DNA of 64,000 nucleotides from a virus (Duplodnaviria; Heunggongvirae; Uroviricota; Caudoviricetes): IMG/VR virus record IMGVR_UViG_2703718833_000007, positions 6,191 to 70,190 of that record; one strand, 5' to 3'. Shown piece by piece: positions 58,102 to 64,000 of this stretch (position 1 is its first letter; each line of letters starts with the position of its first letter). The notes under the pieces were generated by a model. It saw only the letters and a program-made list of their open reading frames with translations, ran no database searches and was not told where the DNA came from. The position numbers and the translations under genes were made by a program.

Positions 58102-58590
58102 ATGTTGGATGTATTTACTCCATTGTTGAAACTTTTTGCTAACGAGCCACTCGAAAGACTTATGTATACGATTATCATTTTTGGTCTCACTCTCTGGCTG
58201 ATACCGAAAGAGTTTACTGTCGCATTCAATGCTTATACTGAAATACCTTGGCTCTTTCAGATTATCGTTTTTGCCTTTTCTTTCGTGGTCGCCATTTCCT
58301 TCTCAAGATTGCGAGCACATATTCAAAAGCATTATTCATTACTACCAGAGCAACGAGTATTGCTTCGTTTATCTGAGAAAGAAATCGCTGTATTTAAAGA
58401 TTTCCTTAAAACAGGAAATCTTATTATCACTTCTCCTTGCCGTAACCCGGTTATGAAAAAATTAGAACGGAAGGGCATCATTCAACATCAGAGTGATAGC
58501 GCAAACTGTTCTTATTATCTCGTCACCGAAAAATACTCCCATTTTATGAAGTTATTCTGGAACAGCAGGAGTAGACGTTTTAATCGTTAG
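58102..58590 (+). CDS. sieB: Superinfection exclusion protein SieB
   Basis: Track ORF 57979-58590 trimmed to MLDVFTPLLKLFANEP; two TM helices. Confidence 0.8.
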   Translation: MLDVFTPLLKLFANEPLERLMYTIIIFGLTLWLIPKEFTVAFNAYTEIPWLFQIIVFAFSFVVAISFSRLRAHIQKHYSLLPEQRVLLRLSEKEIAVFKDFLKTGNLIITSPCRNPVMKKLERKGIIQHQSDSANCSYYLVTEKYSHFMKLFWNSRSRRFNR

Positions 58591-58742
58591 CTTACTGTGT
58601 GCTTCTCCAACCATCGGCGCGCACCAGTTTCGGTTTTAAATGTTTTGCTTTTGGTATACGTCATGGCAGTGAACGTTCCATCCTGGTTGGGGAACACGCC
58701 GCACACCAGGGATTCGTTGTTGCCGAGGTCGATTTTTTGCAT
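58587..58742 (-). CDS. YdaF-like small ORF (sequence differs from remembered K-12 YdaF after residue ~20)
   Basis: Minus-strand ATG gives MQKIDLGNNESLVCGVFPNQ...; downstream frame could not be verified. Confidence 0.25.
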   Translation of the reverse strand: MQKIDLGNNESLVCGVFPNQDGTFTAMTYTKSKTFKTETGARRWLEKHTVS

Positions 58743-59174
58743 TTTGCGAATCTCACATCTTGTTGCTACGTATAGCGACTTCTGCCTGCCAGAGATCCTA
58801 GTCGTTGCTGCGTAAAGCCTGCACAGCCTGGTTGTAAGTGATACCGCAACAATCCATCAAATACTGAACTACTTCGTAATGCACCATCTTATCTCTCCCC
58901 TTAACGCCGGGTGGCGGAACTAACTGCTGCACTGCAAAATTTGAATCCCGCCGTCATGTTCATACGCCTCGGGCTGGCTACTTAACCCCTGACCACTGCC
59001 TGGTAACTCGAAGTATTGCCCGGCGTTCTGTGGGGCGGGGTGGGTTGGTAGGTATATAATGTACTTTGTGTTCATCATTGTAAAGTACTTTAAGTACATT
59101 TTATGTATAAAAAAATGAGACGGGATAAAGTGAAGCACAAACCCGGAGGGGGACGCTACCGGATTTATGCTGGT

Positions 59175-59594
59175 TTAAGAGGCTTTTTGTTTTTTCTTTC
59201 GTGCTAACTCTTCGTAAATTGCATTGTACTTCTGTTTTTTCTCCTCAAGAGTTTTTAAAAGTTCATCTGTCTCACTGTCAGGGAGCTCGTCCAGAAGGTC
59301 AATGATGATTTTTTGTCTTGGATTTAACTCCTGATAGAAACGTATCTGTCCACTTTCTTCTGTATCCTCTCCCAAAAGATAGGTTGGTGTTGTTCCAATG
59401 AGTGTTGCTAATTCCCTTAATTTCTCTCGGCGAGGAATTGTTTCACCATTAAACCATTTGCTAACCGCTTTTGGTGTTAATTTCATTCGACGGGCAATTT
59501 CTGCCTGCCTTCCATGTTGTTCATAACCAGCGTTTTCACAGGCTAGCGCAAGCCTACTGGCGAACTCTTTACGCGCTTTATCTTCATGAACCAT
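59175..59594 (-). CDS. racR: Rac prophage repressor RacR
   Basis: Track ORF 139 aa; HTH ARRMKLTPKAVSKWFNGETIPRREK; divergent from ydaS. Confidence 0.8.
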   Translation of the reverse strand: MVHEDKARKEFASRLALACENAGYEQHGRQAEIARRMKLTPKAVSKWFNGETIPRREKLRELATLIGTTPTYLLGEDTEESGQIRFYQELNPRQKIIIDLLDELPDSETDELLKTLEEKKQKYNAIYEELARKKKQKAS

Positions 59595-59673
59595 AAGTTC
59601 AATGATATTCGCTCTTGAATGTACTGTCAGTTCTGTTATAGCATGTACTCAAAGTTCACATTGTGAGGATGAT

Positions 59674-59928
59674 ATGAACCAGAAAACACTTGAAGATGTA
59701 ATCAAAACTGTTCGCGTTTCTGTTGTGGCCGACGTTTGTGGTGTCAGCCAAAGAGCAATCTACAAATGGATGGATAACGGAAAATTGCCTCGCACAGAAT
59801 ATACCGGCGAAACAAATTACGCTGAAAAAATCGCTCATGCATCAAACGGATTATTTTCTGCCGATGCAATTTTAACTATTGGCAGAAATAAAACTACTAC
59901 GAAAAAGCTGATGGGAGTTGATTCATGA
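59674..59928 (+). CDS. ydaS: Cro-like HTH protein YdaS
   Basis: Track ORF 59602-59928 trimmed to MNQKTLEDVIK; HTH VCGVSQRAIYKWMDNGKLP. Confidence 0.75.
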   Translation: MNQKTLEDVIKTVRVSVVADVCGVSQRAIYKWMDNGKLPRTEYTGETNYAEKIAHASNGLFSADAILTIGRNKTTTKKLMGVDS

Positions 59929-60347
59929 AAATCAAGCATGAGCACATCGAATCAGTGTTGTTAGCCCTGGCAGCCGAAAAAGGGCAGGCGTGGGTCGCTA
60001 ACGCAATTACTGAAGAATATCTGCGCCAGGGGGGCGGCGAATTGCCCCTGGTACCAGGCAAGGACTGGAACAATCAGCAGAATATCTATCATCGTTGGTT
60101 GAAAGGTGAAACGAATGCGCAAAGGGAAAAAATTCAGAAACTGATCCCTGCGGTTCTGGCAATTCTTCCTCGCGAGCTGCGTCACCGACTCTGCATCTTC
60201 GATACCCTGGAACGCCGTGCATTACTGGCGGCACAGGATGCACTGAGTACGGCAATTGATGCGCATGATGATGCAGTCCAGGCCGTTTACCGTAAAGCAC
60301 ATTTCAGCGGCGGCGGTTCTCCTAGCGATTCTGTCGTAGTGCATTGA
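59925..60347 (+). CDS. ydaT: Rac prophage protein YdaT
   Basis: Track ORF 140 aa. Confidence 0.8.
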   Translation: MKIKHEHIESVLLALAAEKGQAWVANAITEEYLRQGGGELPLVPGKDWNNQQNIYHRWLKGETNAQREKIQKLIPAVLAILPRELRHRLCIFDTLERRALLAAQDALSTAIDAHDDAVQAVYRKAHFSGGGSPSDSVVVH

Positions 60348-60424
60348 TTGAAATTAATCGTACCGAACTGTTTTGTTCGGTATCAGTTAAATGTAACGCT
60401 GCGAGCGTTACAAGGTGAAAACAA

Positions 60425-61213
60425 ATGGCTTCAAACTGGATAAAGCTCGAAGTTATTACGCCGGATAAGCCGGAAATATTCAGGCTTGCTGAGATTCTGA
60501 ATATTGATCCAGATGCCGCATTAGGGAAAGTCATTCGCTTCTGGGCATGGGCGGATCAACAAATGATAGACGGTAACGCAGAGTGTAACGCTCGCGGCGT
60601 TACAAAAAGTGCAATAGATCGCATCACTTTTATGGCTGGTTTTGCTGATGCGTTAATTCAGGTTGGATGGCTGGTCGAAACTAATGGTGTGTTGTCGCTT
60701 CCTAACTTTGAGCGCCATAACGGGAAAAGCTCTAAAAAACGGGCGGTTACAAACGAGAGAGTAACAAAAATACGAGAACTGAAACGAAAAGGTAACGCTG
60801 CCAGCGTTACAAAAACGGATCAAAAAGCGTTACCAGAGGAAGAGAAAGAGGAAGATATAAATACTTATCTCCCCCTAAATCCCCCTCGCCAAAAACGAGC
60901 GTCTAAAAAATTCGAACCGGAGGCTATCGAGCTGCCTGACTGGTTGCCGGAAACACTCTGGCATGAGTGGGTTCAGTTCAGGCAGGCATTGCGAAAACCG
61001 ATTCGAACGGAGCAGGGCGCTAACGGGGCGATACGGGAGCTGGAAAAATTCCGCCAGCAGGGTTTTTCACCTGAGCAGGTGATTCGACACAGCATCGCCA
61101 ATGAATACCAGGGCTTGTTCGCGCCAAAAGGTGTTCGACCTGAGACGTTACTCCGACAGGTTAACACCGTCTCGTTACCGGATAGTGCGATCCCGCCAGG
61201 CTTCAGGGGGTAA
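60425..61213 (+). CDS. ydaU: Replication protein YdaU (O-like)
   Basis: Track ORF 262 aa. Confidence 0.8.
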   Translation: MASNWIKLEVITPDKPEIFRLAEILNIDPDAALGKVIRFWAWADQQMIDGNAECNARGVTKSAIDRITFMAGFADALIQVGWLVETNGVLSLPNFERHNGKSSKKRAVTNERVTKIRELKRKGNAASVTKTDQKALPEEEKEEDINTYLPLNPPRQKRASKKFEPEAIELPDWLPETLWHEWVQFRQALRKPIRTEQGANGAIRELEKFRQQGFSPEQVIRHSIANEYQGLFAPKGVRPETLLRQVNTVSLPDSAIPPGFRG

Positions 61214-61219
61214 CTGACC

Positions 61220-61966
61220 ATGAAAAATATTGCGGCAGGCGGCATTCTTGAACGTATCCGCAGACTGGCCCCGCCACATGTAACCGCCCCATTCAAAACG
61301 GTAGCGGAGTGGCGCGAGTGGCAACTTTCCGAAGGCCAGAAACGTTGTGAGGAGATCAACCGTCAGAATCGTCAGTTGCGGGTGGAAAAAATTCTGAATC
61401 GCTCTGGCATCCAGCCATTGCACCGCAAATGCTCGTTTGCGAATTACCAGGTGCAGAACGACGGTCAGCGATACGCGTTGAACCAGGCGAAATCTATCGC
61501 TGATGAACTGATGACCGGGTGTACAAATTTTGCGTTCAGCGGAAAACCTGGTACCGGAAAAAACCATCTGGCGGCGGCTATCGGGAATCGCCTGCTGAAA
61601 GATGGCCAGACAGTGATTGTGGTTACCGTGGCTGATGTCATGAGTGCTCTACACGCCAGCTATGACGACGGGCAATCAGGCGAAAAATTTTTGCGGGAAC
61701 TGTGCCAAGTGGATCTGCTGGTTCTTGATGAAATTGGCATTCAGCGCGAGACAAAAAACGAGCAGGTGGTGCTGCACCAGATTGTTGATCGCCGGACAGC
61801 GTCGATGCGCAGCGTGGGGATGCTGACAAACCTGAACTATGAGGCGATGAAAACATTGCTCGGCGAGCGGATTATGGATCGCATGACCATGAACGGCGGA
61901 CGCTGGGTGAATTTTAACTGGGAGAGCTGGCGTCCGAATGTCGTCCTGCCAGGAATTGCGAAGTGA
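61220..61966 (+). CDS. ydaV: DnaC-like helicase loader YdaV
   Basis: Track ORF 248 aa; Walker [10 protein letters not shown], Walker B LLVLDEIG. Confidence 0.85.
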   Translation: MKNIAAGGILERIRRLAPPHVTAPFKTVAEWREWQLSEGQKRCEEINRQNRQLRVEKILNRSGIQPLHRKCSFANYQVQNDGQRYALNQAKSIADELMTGCTNFAFSGKPGTGKNHLAAAIGNRLLKDGQTVIVVTVADVMSALHASYDDGQSGEKFLRELCQVDLLVLDEIGIQRETKNEQVVLHQIVDRRTASMRSVGMLTNLNYEAMKTLLGERIMDRMTMNGGRWVNFNWESWRPNVVLPGIAK

Positions 61967-61988
61967 TTTTTACCGGGAGGAAATTTTA

Positions 61989-62750
61989 ATGGAGACTGTT
62001 TTTGACGCACTGAAAGCAATGGGAAAAGCCACGTCGGTAGAACTGGCTGCGCGACTTGATATCAGTCGTGAAGAGGTACTGAACGAGCTGTGGGAACTGA
62101 AAAAGGCTGGTTTCGTTGATAAAAGCGTATACATCTGGCGTGTGGCTGATAACAACGTTCAGCAGGAACAGCCAGAGCAGGCAGAACTGCCGGAAGAAAC
62201 CACCACGGCAACAGTCGCAAAAATTTCGGAGTGCGATTTAACTGCGACGATTGAACAACGTGGCCCACAAACGGCGGATGAACTGGCTACGTTTTTCGGC
62301 ATCACATCACGCAAAGTGGCTTCAACGCTGGCAATGGCAATCAGTAAAGGTCGTCTGATTCGCGTTAATCAGAACGGTAAATTTCGTTACTGCATGCCGG
62401 GCGATAATTTACCAGCAGAGCCGAAAGCTGCATCGGTAGCGGAAACTGATGGTAAAGCCTTTCCTCAGCCAGCCGGTGTTGCGTTACCAGCACAGGAAGC
62501 GGCAACACAGGAAGAAATTAAAACAGATACTATGGGGGACATTGTGCAGTCACTACCATCGTTCACTGAAACGCGAGCCAATGACCTGATTTTACCATCG
62601 CTGCATATGGCAAACCGCGAACTGCGCCGGGCGAAAAGTCATGTCCAGAAGTGGGAGCGAGTCTGCGCCGCGCTGCGTGAGTTGAACAAGCACAGGGATA
62701 TTGTACGACAGATTACTGATTCTTCCCGCCATGTTGCATCGGAAAAGTGA
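61989..62750 (+). CDS. DUF977-family protein (ydaW-like, apparently full length)
   Basis: Track ORF 61938-62750 trimmed to [13 protein letters not shown]; N-terminal wHTH-like. Confidence 0.55.
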   Translation: METVFDALKAMGKATSVELAARLDISREEVLNELWELKKAGFVDKSVYIWRVADNNVQQEQPEQAELPEETTTATVAKISECDLTATIEQRGPQTADELATFFGITSRKVASTLAMAISKGRLIRVNQNGKFRYCMPGDNLPAEPKAASVAETDGKAFPQPAGVALPAQEAATQEEIKTDTMGDIVQSLPSFTETRANDLILPSLHMANRELRRAKSHVQKWERVCAALRELNKHRDIVRQITDSSRHVASEK

Positions 62751-62765
62751 TTGCCGGAGGCACCT

Positions 62766-63095
62766 ATGGCAAAAGTATTTACACCAGAAGAGCGGGAAAA
62801 AATTAAAGGGCAGGTTGTTGAACTTGTACGTCTGAGCGGTCGCGAGACGTTACGGGCTCTGGAGGCTAAAACCGGTGCATCAAGGTATTACATAAGCACT
62901 CTTGCCAGAGAACTGGTCGCCAGTGGTGATGTTTACAATTCTGGCTACGGATTATTCCCGTTTGAGCAGGCGCGTAAAGACTGGCAAAACGCCCGCAAAA
63001 AACTATCAAGGGCAAAGATGAAGAAACCGGTTGTGGTAGATCCAAACCTAATCTGGTCATTACCTGATGGAGAAATCCGTCGCCTTAGTCTTTGA
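62766..63095 (+). CDS. Hypothetical protein
   Basis: Track ORF 62751-63095 trimmed to MAKVFTPEE with GGAGG SD. Confidence 0.4.
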   Translation: MAKVFTPEEREKIKGQVVELVRLSGRETLRALEAKTGASRYYISTLARELVASGDVYNSGYGLFPFEQARKDWQNARKKLSRAKMKKPVVVDPNLIWSLPDGEIRRLSL

Positions 63096-63196
63096 TACTA
63101 TGTTTATAATGTTGAAAAAGAGTCTAATAGTTGACATTGTATGAAATATGATTGTTATATAAAATGATTTTTTTGGAGACTGTTTAAGGTAAACAA

Positions 63197-64000
63197 ATGA
63201 AACCAGAATACTTAAGGAAAATAGAATCATTGCAACGTGAGGTTGATGATTTCCATCCAGTGCTAAGAGCGCTTCTACCACGTTTGCCGACTGTTACACA
63301 TGTTGAATATAAGCAAGGACCATCAGAAAAAGGTGCTGATTTTGTCATAATTAAACGAGATGAGGCATTAGATGAGGAAATATATATTGGGGTTATTTGT
63401 AAGGTTGGAAAGATAATTCAGTCAAATAGTGAGGTCGAACGACAAATAGAAGAGTGTCAATTATACCCACGCTTTATTTCTTCTGGCTCTAAGAACATAC
63501 ATTTGAATGAAATTTGGGTTGTTACTAATTCATCAATCTCAAATAATGCTCAAGAAAAAATCTACTTAAAATTCAAATCTACAAATATAAAGTTTATAGA
63601 AGGTGAGAAAATATGTTCTTTAATCAGTAAATATTACCCAGAGTTTTGGGATTTCGAATCCATTAATTATGAGCAATACTTAACAGATACATTGCAAACC
63701 ATAAGTGATACTCCTGAAAGTTATTTTTTTGGTAGTGTTGGCATAAATAACCTTATTGATAGATATGTAAGCAAGGAAGATCATAAAAAACGCAGGCACA
63801 GGCCGTTAAAACTGTATAGTGTTGTGAGAGCCGAGAGATTTATTTTTTTAGAGGGAGCTGTTGGCTCCGGGAAAAGTACTTTGCTGAAACAGCTAATTAA
63901 AAAAATAAAAGAAGAATATTCTTACGAAAAAGACTACATCCTTCCAGTATTTTGCCAATACAAGGATGTTCTAGAAAAAAACTCAATATTGAAAATATAA
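63197..64000 (+). CDS. AT-rich cargo gene, 5' part: P-loop NTPase with possible nuclease-like N-terminal domain (candidate anti-phage defence protein; continues beyond window end)
   Basis: Track ORF 267 aa, open at window end; Walker A LEGAVGSGKSTLL near residue 215; markedly lower G+C than flanking prophage genes. Confidence 0.5.
   Translation: MKPEYLRKIESLQREVDDFHPVLRALLPRLPTVTHVEYKQGPSEKGADFVIIKRDEALDEEIYIGVICKVGKIIQSNSEVERQIEECQLYPRFISSGSKNIHLNEIWVVTNSSISNNAQEKIYLKFKSTNIKFIEGEKICSLISKYYPEFWDFESINYEQYLTDTLQTISDTPESYFFGSVGINNLIDRYVSKEDHKKRRHRPLKLYSVVRAERFIFLEGAVGSGKSTLLKQLIKKIKEEYSYEKDYILPVFCQYKDVLEKNSILKI

Larger units (their letters stand above)
51380..64000. mobile_element. Rac-like prophage, left arm (continues beyond window end)
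   Basis: intR-xisR-rcbA-ralR-recT-recE-racC-ydaE-kilR-sieB-racR-ydaS-ydaT-ydaU-ydaV order as remembered for K-12 Rac, adjacent to ttcA. Confidence 0.9.

Noticed and set aside
58597-59138. Track ORFs of 72 aa on both strands between sieB and racR (K-12 ydaF/ydaG region)
   Set aside because: Could not reproduce remembered K-12 YdaF/YdaG frames at single-base resolution; left unannotated except a low-confidence ydaF-like call

Overview
Escherichia coli-type chromosomal window (host gene order zntB-dbpA-ttcA-intR as at the K-12 Rac locus) carrying two prophages. (1) Positions 1 to ~47,090: the right ~47 kb of an uncharacterised lambdoid mosaic siphovirus prophage. Left to right: leftward early operon (Rha-like, replication initiator, wHTH) | divergent operator region | LexA-like (S24) CI repressor, PL-type promoter with rrn-type boxA/boxB nut site, P22 gp24-like N antiterminator, Erf + SSB, ~14 small accessory ORFs, Dam-like methyltransferase, NinG/RusA, lambda Q-type antiterminator, a further ~17 small ORFs, PR'-like late promoter/terminator, pinholin + SAR endolysin + Rz/Rz1, terminase, portal, capsid, lambda-like tail (M, L, K, I, J) and a tail fibre with S74 chaperone domain. 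Four paralogous HNH-AP2 homing-endonuclease genes and opposite-strand moron cassettes interrupt the modules. (2) 47,481-51,379: host zntB, dbpA, REP/BIME, ttcA. (3) 51,431 to window end: left arm of a Rac-like prophage (intR through ydaV, DUF977-like gene) followed by an AT-rich cargo gene encoding a P-loop NTPase (candidate defence gene, truncated by the window end). No rRNA, tRNA or CRISPR array was recognised. Most unusual: a tandem array of six tightly packed 22-32-codon single-TM peptide genes between the lysis cassette and terminase. All calls come from reading translations against remembered protein families; no search was run, and manually derived coordinates (promoters, terminators, small ORFs) may be off by 1-2 nt.
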